A DNA stretch of 64,000 nucleotides, taken from positions 28,892,001-28,956,000 of the forward strand of contig CAIIXF020000001.1 of assembly GCA_903813345.2 (NCBI GenBank). Reading direction: 5' to 3'. Of this stretch, positions 35,601 to 46,800 are shown in pieces; the first letter of the stretch is position 1; each line of letters starts with the position of its first letter. Made by a program: the position numbers and the translations under genes. The notes beneath the pieces were generated by a model that was given only the letters and a program-made list of their open reading frames with translations, had not been told where the DNA came from and searched no databases. Source of the stretch: Owenia fusiformis (taxonomy: Eukaryota).

Positions 35601-37612
35601 TGGAAATAATAACATCATTTAAAACTTGAAATTTTGGACTGTCTTATACTTGTATTACCTTCTATTTCCATCTTTATTTTGAGTATTTATATTTAATAGT
35701 GAAGTATTTTTTATTTAACTGGGCATGTCTTACCTTATATTCAATGATACAAAATAATTTTTCTACTTATGTGCATGTATATCACAATAACTCAAACCTT
35801 AACAGCTAAGTGATCTTTGAGTGATATAGGTAGACCATGCAACAATCCTTTAAGTTCCTTAGAATCATCACACTCCTTGGCCCACTCCTCTGCCTCTTCT
35901 AAAGTCTCACACCAGAAATTCAGGTCTTCATTCAGCTTCAGAGCTTTGCCTTGGAATGCATGCAGGGCATCTAGTGCCTTCAGCTCTCTCTTATGTAGCT
36001 TCTGGATCAATTCTGCTGTACCTAGTTTTGTTATCTCATCTTGCTTCTTGTAACCCTATGAGCATTGTATAAACCATTATTAAGGTGAATATTATATCAA
36101 TATCATGTTGAGGTTCCCCAAAGGGTATGTGACAAGGTGACCAGGCCTATAAAATGAGATATGTATTTTAAAATGAATAAAAATATGTGCCAAATAAATG
36201 CTTGGAAGTCACAATTTGAGCAATGATATGGCTCATAAGTGTTTTGAAGTGATGTAATTTGTTCTGGATGCATATGCACTAAAACCTGTGTATAGTGAAC
36301 CCATGGAACCACAAAAATGTGTTCACTATAGGTAGGTGTTCACTACAGCAATTTCTCAGTGGAGTATGTGCTGAGACGAGGTGCTCATTAGACACAGGTC
36401 ACAAGAGAGAAGTGATCACTAAGACAGGTTTCACTGTGGATGCGATTAAAGGTGAATTATTTTGTTTTGTAATCAAACTGAATGAAAATTGAACATAACA
36501 CAGACCATTTATTGCACTGGATAAAAATGAATGAATCTGACAAAATATGATGAGTAAAATATAAATGTGACAAGTTTCAATTACAAATTTTAAATGTGAC
36601 TAAAAAAATTTATATGGGATTTCATGTTATAATACATGGACATGCATTTATAATTGTTGATGCAATATCACAAATATAGATGTGAAACAATTATTTGTTT
36701 ATCTGGTTTTCTAATTTTAATTATTAAGGCTGAATGTTTTTTTAAATCAAAACATTGATCCAGGGAGAATACTATATGAAAAGGTATTGGGCCAGAAATT
36801 TTTTCAAGGTGCCTCAAATTCAACTACAATGTGTTGCAGGATATAAACCGCTTAAAAGATCACATTCAAAAAGTAAATGTCATTTGATTTCTTTTTTTTC
36901 ACTGGTCCTTTTGAATGAAATCTTGAATAAATATGATGATGAAAAGAGATATTTCTAGAATAACAAAAGTGCACAGTCTTGTTTACTAACTAGTGTTTTA
37001 TTGCTTTTTGATATCTGTTCACATATTTATTGGAACAGCATTTCATGTATGGTTGTAAGGATGTAGTAATGTTATGCCATTGTCTTGGAGGCTGTTGGAG
37101 ATTTTTTATTCATGAATAGATAACGTGCTTGATGCCTAAGCTTAAGGTCAGGGCGCATGTTCGGAATTTTGACGCAATCCTCAATTGAGTCACATGTTAT
37201 TGTTTTTCAAATATGAATCACTCCTTCCTCACATTATCTACATCTTTCAGTTTTGCACAAAACATGTGGCTCAATTGAGGAATGCAGAAAAATTCTGAAC
37301 ATGCACCACCCTGTCCTTAACCCCCATACAGCCATTTGCAATATGAAACATAATTTGAATTATACTTACAGGCGTGTCCTTAATTCTCTCCTTCAGCCTG
37401 TCCCTGGCCTCTTTACTTTCCTCACGTTTGACCTTCACAAGAGCCTTCAGTGTATCCCTGTTGATCTTCCAGGATATCAACCTGTATAGCCCCCTCACTA
37501 GCCACATCAGGGGTAGCACACATAGTGCTATAGCAACCTGACAACCATTCACCTCAAACTTCACCTGGGTGAATGGTATTGGTAGAAAATACACAGTGTC
37601 TAAAATCCCCAT
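29614..37612 (-). CDS. Fatty-acid amide hydrolase 1-like / vitamin D3 hydroxylase-associated protein-like amidase, about 599 aa
   Basis: 13 exons in frame: 37612-37370, 36055-35798, 35599-35466, 34756-34550, 34173-34008, 33897-33766, 33503-33406, 32732-32630, 31672-31629, 31067-31028, 30900-30789, 30228-30086, 29733-29614 (1800 nt). N-terminal hydrophobic helix; amidase signature and Lys-Ser-Ser triad intact ([28 protein letters not shown]); [32 protein letters not shown]. Confidence 0.93.
31851..32517. repeat. 39-41 bp minisatellite, about 16 copies, in FAAH-like intron 8
   Basis: Unit GTGTTAATGAATGAAGGAGAATGCCAATAATATGTAGGATA. Confidence 0.95.
32918..33391. mobile_element. hAT-like MITE carrying a segment of a second repeat family
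   Basis: TIRs CAGTGTTCTCCCTGG / CCGGGGAGATCACTG; internal 32960-33237 is the reverse complement of much of 56062-56486. Confidence 0.6.
35095..35481. repeat. ~27-37 bp degenerate minisatellite overlapping the FAAH-like exon 3 splice donor
   Basis: Unit AAATCTTTAGATTTCATA(C/T)CTGAACATGAG; the last copy contains the real exon end and donor at 35466/35465. Confidence 0.85.
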
Positions 37613-38685
37613 GTTGTATGAAGGTTGATCATTGACGCTAAATGCTAAAAGCCATGGCTATCTCATTCATTATTGACTAGGCAAGTGTACTTTGCTCTTT
37701 CACTTTGCTCTGTGTCTGTTAAATGATATGCAATAAATATGAGGGGGAAACCATTAGATTTTAGGGGAACTGGTGTAACCATCAACAGAAAATGCTGGCA
37801 CAGAGTGCAAAGGGAATATTTAATTTGTGAAAGTGACACTGTATTCATGGAAAATAATGAAATATTTGTTTTATTTTATTCTTCACTGTAGCAACAGAAA
37901 GGTTGGTTAAAGTGTGTATTAAATAAACCTTTAGAGCCCTTTAGAGTTGTAACACATGTAACGGCTGTAATGCCAGTGAGAGAGTGAAGGATATGGCACT
38001 GATATAATGAAACATATAAATCAACTAACAAAAATGACTTTTTGATTTTTTTTATGACTTTTTAATAATAATAATAATATGACCTACTTGCCTGTATTTT
38101 TAAAAATGACTCAAAAGTAAGACAAAAAATGATGAAAGAAAAAAGCTTTTTATCAAAAAGTATATCTATATACAAACTATATTGTTGATAACTTGTGAAT
38201 GAAAAAATAAGCAAGAAGAATTACAATGTAAGCCTACCAAATGGAGCCATTTTTATGTCAACATCACAAGTGGTGACATATTGATATAGTCTCTATAGTG
38301 GAAGGTGTTCTGTGGTTGATTTTTGGCATTCGGTATCTGTAACAAATGCCAGGTGGTGTCATTTTGCACGTTAATGCCTTGTGTATTAAATGTAGTCACT
38401 GTAATCATACATATTTTGGGGAACATATTAAATTGGCGAATAATAATACAATTTCATTGCAACCTTAATACTCAAGCATACCATATCACATTTTCAAAAA
38501 CATCCAAGAGATTTGCCATTATTTATGACATGAAAATCACTTGAATTGAAAAATGTTGGCAATAATTTTGTTTAACAGGATATTTTCTTGTTACAACAAT
38601 TCAAAATTCAGCCTGACACCAATTTATATTTTTCTTCACTGTCAACATCAGGCAGAACTTATTAATGGTTCTATTTCTATTTGGG

Positions 38686-40464
38686 CTATTTGCTATATGC
38701 TTGATTAGATTGACCAGGGTATTGTGTTACTGGTACAGAGTATGCTGTTGGTTGTCCGGGATGCCCTGTTGTTTGTGTAGGGTATGTCATCGATTGTGTA
38801 GAGTACCCTGTTACTGGTGGCGCTCCAAATGTGGTCATAGCTTGTGGGGGGTTGGCATAATTTGCAGGTGTGGCTGTAATTGGACATGTGTTTTCCCCCT
38901 CCAGACTTTGTGCAGATATTCGCATGCATAGAGCACCAATAAAGCCTATCAAGGCTGCCACTGTCATCAGGTAGAAACTTTCATCAAGGAATGTAGCATC
39001 AGTTACATGTATTTGGTTGGTGTAAATCCAGGTTTCAAAGAAGGCTCCGAAGAGGCTGAATCCAAGCATCATAAACACACCTGAAAATTCAACAAATATA
39101 GTGATTCAGGGTGGTGTTTTATATACAGGCAACTTTGCTGATTGGTGAAATGACAGTGACATCTTTTCATTCTGAGTGGTTACATCAAAGAAATGCACAA
39201 AGGGCAATATTAAATTGGATAGTAAAAAAAGGATGTCAACCACAATTGATTTTAGAAAATAGAAGTATTACATATAAAGGCTTCATGTATTTGAGTAAAT
39301 TATAGAAATCCTTAAATATTCAGTAGTGAATAATGGCAATTCACCTGCTAACAGAGCCATCGCTGCCAAAGCAAATGTAGTGTATCGAGCAACTCTGGGG
39401 TTCTTAGTCCCATAAACGCAACAGAAAATTGGACCGTTCAAGATTAGTGTAAGGGCCATAAGGATTGTTCCACACATGTTCATAGCCATGGCAGCCGTAT
39501 GTGCGTGAGCTGAAATATATAATGTCAGTGTTACATTTTTTACAGCATTTCCAATAACTTATTTTTTAGTTTATATGAATCTATGAAGAACATATATACA
39601 GGGTGAGCCAAAAAAACAATACCGTTTAAAGATGAATAATTCATATGATATATGATAAACCATGCCATTTGTTAAATATCATTTTAAAGATAAATCATTT
39701 CCTAAAAATACGACACCATCCAATTGGAAAACCTTTGTTTACTTGTGGAGTTAGAGGCTAAAATTGACAGCTAGCCGCACTCAATATGTTTGACTGAATC
39801 ATCATACATTTATTTAACAATTGATAATTAATTAAAAAGATATAAGTATTATTGGTGAATTTTGCACTAGACATGTCCCTCCATTTTCCACTATTCCAAG
39901 TTTTTTGTTGCTCATGACAACCCTGGTTTTAATCCCCATGAAAACAACAGTTTTTCAATCAGATGGTGTCATATTGTTATAAAATGATTTATCTTTAAAA
40001 TGATATACAATACATGGCATGATTTAACGTTATATCATATGATATTCATCCTTAAATTTGGGTATTGTTTTTTTGGCCCACTCTGTACATATAGACAGGT
40101 TATAAGTTTCAACCTATATCTGGCAATATATTTAGGATATTTTTGTAATGTAGCATTAATTGAAAAGCTAATGAGCTGTAAATGAAGAAGTGAAATGGTT
40201 GATTTAAATGATTTATCTGGACTTACGTAAATTCATGTCAAGTGTACTTTTACATTCTCTGTCCGTTTCATTCACTGTGTTGCACATTTGAAATAATCCT
40301 ATTCTCGTGTCCAATTGGTGGGTTGAGTTGGATGAAGAAATTCTGGCCCAGCTTTGTTGTGAAACACTTCTTATTGCCATTCCCATGGATACACCAACCA
40401 TGACAACACCTGCGATACGGCATCCATGCCCATAACTGTAGGCCCTTTTGCTTTCATGTATCAT
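38686..40464 (-). CDS. Claudin/PMP22/EMP-like four-transmembrane protein, about 265 aa
   Basis: Exons 40464-40227, 39509-39345, 39080-38686 (798 nt, in frame). First loop has W...IGLFQMC...C (claudin-superfamily W-GLW-C-C pattern); four hydrophobic segments; P/Q/T/Y-rich tail. Confidence 0.8.
39599..40085. mobile_element. Tc1/mariner MITE
   Basis: TA-CAGGGTGAGCCAAAAAAACAATACC ... GGTATTGTTTTTTTGGCCCACTCTG-TA; the inverted similarity extends about 140 bp. Confidence 0.8.
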
Positions 40465-40912
40465 AATTTTCTTTTAGATATTATATTCAATTATAAACAG
40501 TTCAGTATTTAATTGGCAAGGTGTGTTATTCAAATGAATGTGTTATTCATTGCGGTTGTTGTGTGAATGTTTCTTATCATAATCATAGCAACGTTATCTT
40601 AATCCTTTCTATCAGCTGGCTCAAAGATAATATGTATACAAGTGGAGTTTACTTAGTCTACCTTTTACAGCTTTTATTGTATTGTTTTGTAAATGTACAT
40701 TTTAAATAAAAGCATTTCCTTGAACATCTGTGGCTTGCTCTATCAACAAATGTGTGAATGCATGACATTTCTAAAGTCCATTTCAATATTAAAATGTTTG
40801 AAAGATCTGTTGATGTTATGTTTTATTATGACTGTATCATTGAATTTTGCTTGATTGTTTTTTTAGCTCTCATGGTATTAGTTATATAATCAGCCACTTT
40901 TCTGTCCACCTC

Positions 40913-42721
40913 TCCATCTGCCTGCCTACCCATCCATCCATCCACCCATTCATCCATTCACCCATCCATCCACCCATCCATCCATCAATTCATCCATCCA
41001 TCCACCCATTCACCCATCCATCCATCCACCTATTCACCCATCCATCCACCTATCCACCCATTCAACCATCCATCCATTCACCCATCCATCCACCTTTCTA
41101 CCCATTCACCCATCCATCAATCCATCCACCAATTAACCCATCTATCCACCCATTCACCCATCCATCCATCCACCTATCCACCCATCCATCCATCCATCCA
41201 TTCACCCATCCATCCATCCATCCATCCACCCATTCACCCATCCATCCATCCATCTACCCATTCACCCATCCATCCATCCACCTATCCACCCATTCAACCA
41301 TCCATCCATTCACCCATCCATCCATCCATTCACCCATCCATCCATCCATCCACCCATTCACCCATCCATCCATCCATCCATCCATCCATCCATCTACCCA
41401 TTTAACCATCAATCCACCCGTTCACCCATCCATCCATCCATTCACCCATCCATCCATCCACCCATCCATCCATTCACCCATCCATCCATCCACCCATTCA
41501 CCCATCCATCCACCCCTCCATCCATCCATCCATCAATCTATCTATCCATCCATCTATCCACCCTTCACCCATCCATCCACCCATCCATCCATCCACCCAT
41601 TCAACCATCTATCCTTCCACCCGTTCACCCATCCATCCATCCATCCATCCATCCACCCCTCCATCCATCCATCCATCAATCCATCCACCCATTCACCCAT
41701 CCATCCATCCATCCATCTACCCATTTTACCATCAATCCACCCGTTCACCCATCCATCCATCCATTCACCCATCCATCCATCCACCCATTCACCCATCCAT
41801 CCACCCCTCCATCCATCCATCCATCCATCCACCCATTCACCCATCCATCCATCCATCCATCTACCCATTTAACCATCAATCCACCCGTTCACCCATCCAT
41901 CCACCCACCAATCCATCCATTCACCCATCCATCCATCCATTCACCCATCCATCCAGCCATTCATCCACCCATTCACCCATCCATCCAACTACCCATTCAC
42001 CCATCCAGCCATCCACCCATCCATCCATCCATCCACCAATTCACCCATCCATCCACCAATTCACCCATCCATCCATCTACCCATCTACCTATTCACCCAT
42101 CCATCCACCTATCCACCCGTTCAACCATCCATCCATTCACCCATCCACCCACCCATCCATCCATCCATTTACCCATTCAACCATCCATCCATCCACCTGT
42201 ACACCCATCCATCCATCCACCCACATACCCATCCATCCATCCACCAATTCACCCATCCATCCATCCATCTACCCATCTACCTATTCACCCATCCATCCAC
42301 CTATCCACCCGTTCAACCATCCATCCATTCACCCATCCACCCACCCATCCATCCATCCATTTACCCATTCAACCATCCATCCATCCAGCCATCCAACCAT
42401 CCATCCACCCATTTACTCATTCATCCATCCACCCATCCACCCATCTGTCCAGCCATCCATCCACCCATCCATCCATCCATCCATCCACCTGTCCACCCAT
42501 TCACCCATTCAACCATCCATTTACCCATTCGCCCATCCATCCTATCATCCACCCATCCATCCATCGATCCATCCACCCATCCATCCATCCATGCATCCAT
42601 CCATCCATGCATCCATCCATCCATCCTATCATCCACCTATCCATCCACCCATTCATCCACCCATCCATGCATCCATCCATCCATGCATCCATCCTTCCTA
42701 TCATCCATCCTATCATCCATC
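40913..42721. repeat. 1.8-kb degenerate (CCAT)n microsatellite array
   Basis: Direct inspection; contains higher-order repeated blocks. Confidence 0.97.
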
Positions 42722-43860
42722 AGGTTTCCAGCACTTTTACAATGTTAGCCTACATATCCATGGTGCTTATTTACTATTGTATATTTAGAGTATGGAGTGA
42801 GCTATTGTAATGGCCCGTCTGTTCTTCTGTCCGTCTGTCTGTCTATCCTTCTGTCATCACATTGATAGTTACTCGTAATTTGAAATCCATGACAATTGAA
42901 ATGGTTTCCTTTTTAAGACATGTCTATCTAAAACGTTCAATTATCCCATAAGTTGCGTCTCAAAAGCTTGCCTTGATTTGTTTCAAAATGGCAGCCATTT
43001 TTATTGTGGAAAAATCAGGTTTTCAACACCTTTTTGGTCAGAACTCAACAGGTATTCCATCAATTTGCATGAAATTGTACAGGTACCTTAATTTTTCATG
43101 TTATCAATAATATATACAATTACAGCAAAATATGTTGGAAAGATTTAAAATGGCTACCATTTTTATTGCGGAGAATACCTAAATGTATAAGTTATCAATA
43201 ATGTCTAGAAGTTTCTGCAAAATATGAAGCAGCTAAGTATATGGGAGGGGGCAGGCACCTGAGCCCTCCCAATGTCCACCACTACAATTTGTAGCCCAAC
43301 ACTTCAAAATAAATGGGTAACTGCCTTGCTAAGTTATGTCATTACAAACTAACCTTTTTTAAAACCACTATAGATAGACTAAGAAGCTTAGAAGCCTCTT
43401 TTGCCATCTAATATGCTATGGAAATGTGGTTATTGCAAATGTTACCTCATATTTGAACATAAAGGGCTAATAAAAGTCTCGATCATTTAGTATATTTTAT
43501 TTCAATGCTAATATTTATTATCATATGCTCTGCAATGTTTTCTGTACAACTACATTAAAATATATAGGGTGGGCCAAAAATTGTATTTTTTTTATTTTGT
43601 TCACCCGGTCTGTACATGTTCTTTCTGATAAAAAAATAATATACATGTATAATAAACCATTTGGAAAATATATATGAATATACCAACGAAATGTGTCTCC
43701 TTCAATTAAATCATTTCATATCATTTTACGGTTTAAGCCTGAAATGATATCATTATAAGATATCATTCTTAGAGTGTTCATTTTGATTATGATGCGTTTT
43801 GTCTCTGATTTAGTTTCTTGTATCTTGAAGCCCTTTAGAAGTCACTCAATGGAATCCTTG

Positions 43861-46800
43861 CTAGCTGTCAAATAACATTCCTGCAATTTGATTAGTATAT
43901 ATATAGTATATATATTAATTTGCATTTATTCAAATTTTTCTATACAGTGATGTATGCCAATGGGAAAACACCATAAATGGTTACAAAATACAACAAGAAA
44001 AAGAACACCAGTACACCAGTCATAATAGTAAAAAAACATGTATGCCAATATTCAACTGAATTATGTGTAAATTATTCACCTGCAATGCAAGCTGTTGTAA
44101 AGCAAGCAAGATTCCCTGCAACCATGGCCCGTATAGCAACAGATGCTAAATCTCCTGTAAAGAGAAATCATAAATCAGCATTCAACACAGGTTAAAAGTT
44201 TCATTTTGTCCATTTTGTAAACAATACTATTGTATCTCTTAGGCTACGTTCACACCAATGGCGCTTTGATGGCGCTTTAAAGCGGCTTGTAAAGCGGCAC
44301 CAAAGAGTAACAAAGCTTGATTAAAGCGTCGGGGTCGTAATAGGTAGTAGAAAAGCTCGGAGTAAAGCGGGATATTCGGCAAGAGCGCAAAAATAAAAAC
44401 TGTTCAAGCTACGTTCGCACCAACGGCGCTTTGATGGCGCTTTAAAGCGGCTTGTAAAGCGGCACCAAAGCGTAACAAAGCTTGATTAAAGCGTCTGGGT
44501 CGTAAAGGGTCGTAGAAAGGCTCGGAGTAAAGCGGGATAATCGGCAAGAGCGCCAAAAAATTTTAAACAGTTTAAAAATTTTGGGCGCTCAGTTACGAAT
44601 TGATAGAAGCGCCGAGAGCGTATCAAAGCTTAACAAACCGTAACAAAGCTCAGCAAAACCTTGACCCAAAGCGTATGAAAGCTTTACAGAGCTTGGTTCA
44701 AAGCAGGGACCCCAGTCTCTTCACTGTCTGTTACCACTTGACACGCTTCGTTAAGATGTCTCAAGATTTGCTACGATCTGGCATGAAGATCTGACACGAG
44801 GTCAGACGCTTTAATCAATATCTGACACTCTTTGTTACACTTTCATGAAGGACTCTCAAGCTTTCCAACAAATTGAGACGCTTTAATCAAGGATTGAAAC
44901 GCTTTGCTAGGCTTTGTTACGCTTGACAAGTTTCCACACGCTATATCACGCCGTGCGACAAACATCATGTCCATCTGCAATTTCTGGATCTTGTTGTTCT
45001 GCCATCGTGTTCTCAAGTCAAAGATGCAATGGTTTTATGGATCTACTGCATCTTTATATAGTCATTGGATCAAAAGCGGCATGAAATCGGCGATCTCGAC
45101 ATTTTCCAATGCGTGACAGAGCTTAACAGAACGTAACAATGCACAACAGAGCTTGGCAATCGTATCAGAGCCTGATTTAAAGCGTCATTGTCGCATCAAA
45201 GCGTAATAATGCTTATCAAAGCTTATCAAAGCGTAAAAAAAGCCTGAGGAACCTATCAAAGCTATGTTAAGCTTTCCTACGCTTTGGATCAAGCTTTTCT
45301 GAGCTTTGTTACGGTTTGTTAAGCTTTGATACGCTCTCGGCGCTTTAGTCAATTCGTAACAGAGCACCCAAAATTTTTAAACAGTTTAAATTTTTTTGGC
45401 GCTCTTGCCGAATATCCCGCTTTACTTCGAGCTTTTCTACGACCTATTACGACCCCGACGCTTTAATCAAGCTTTGTTATGCATTGGTGTCGCTTTACAA
45501 GCCGCTTTAAAGCGCCATCAAAGCGCCGTTGGTATGAACAAAAATAACAAAAATGACGGCGCTTTGCTCGCCGATTTAAAGCGTGGCATTCGCCGTTGGT
45601 GTGAACATAGCTTTAGAGAAACCTCTACACCCCCAATCTGCACTCTGAAATCATGTTACTGTATAGTGCATTAAGAGTATGGTACCATATGGTACTATTA
45701 GAGTATGGTGCAGTATAGTGTACATGGAATACCATACAGTACTGTTGGATATTGGCTGTGTATTTTTCTATAAATTCAACCAATTTAAGTGAATTCAATA
45801 TTGATTTCACTTACGTTTCCTAGATGGCGCTAGTGCAGTTACACTCCCTAGAACAATACCAACATCACTGAAATTTGCAAATCCGCAACAAGCATAAGTT
45901 GCTATCACCTCTGATCGAATCTACAATAAATATTACTTTACTAATTAGGCATAATAATGACACATTATGGCTAAAATGAATAAATTTTAAGTGAACTGGT
46001 ACACTTTTAAGGAATTCAGATTGAAAATATTTTAATAAATAACTACAATCCCAGTGTAAGACCATTATTATCAAAATATGCATGTTTTATATACAGTGAA
46101 ACCTATAAAGTGGAACACCTCTAGAGGTAGAACACCTCTGTAATTAGTGTAACGCTTTCCAGAGTCTCAAGACCTCCTGGCTATATGTTAAATGAACCTC
46201 CTTCAGTGCAACAGCTCTCAAGTGGAACACATTTTAGAAGTACCAAAGGTGTTCCTCTTTGACAGGTTTTACTGTAATTTGTTCGTCTATACTCACAGAC
46301 ATTGCAGGAAGGATTCCAGCTTTCCTGTTGTTAATGAGCTCTCCAAGCTTTTCATAAGCTACAATATCACTTAGAAATATTTTTGAACCAATCAGTTCTC
46401 CAACTTTCAAGCAGTCTTTGAGGTCCACACCCATCAAAAGTGCTAAGGGCCAGAATAAGTAAGAACAGATCAGCTGGAGAATAGAATATACTAGTGTGAA
46501 CATATTTAGAAATGCCTATAAAATTTTGTCTATTACTTTTGAATCGCCCCTCGTATATCAGAGGACGGGTATATAAATTTATTTAAAGGGTCTTGTATTG
46601 GATACATATGGGTCATGATTAATGAAATGATGGTATGACTTTTTATAAAAGATAAAATCAGCTTATTCAGGGCATAGAGGAAAATACTATCCCAAGACAT
46701 TCATTTAATAAGTATGTTCTTTTGTTGAAATTAATTTTTCCGAAAGAATTGATATTTCTTAAGAGAAATCTGGATTCTCCGAATGTTCACATTTTCTCAT

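Noticed and set aside
40847-42810. 341-aa His/Pro/Ser/Ile ORF and the Trp/Met/Asp/Gly ORFs on the other strand
   Set aside because: Translations of the (CCAT)n microsatellite.
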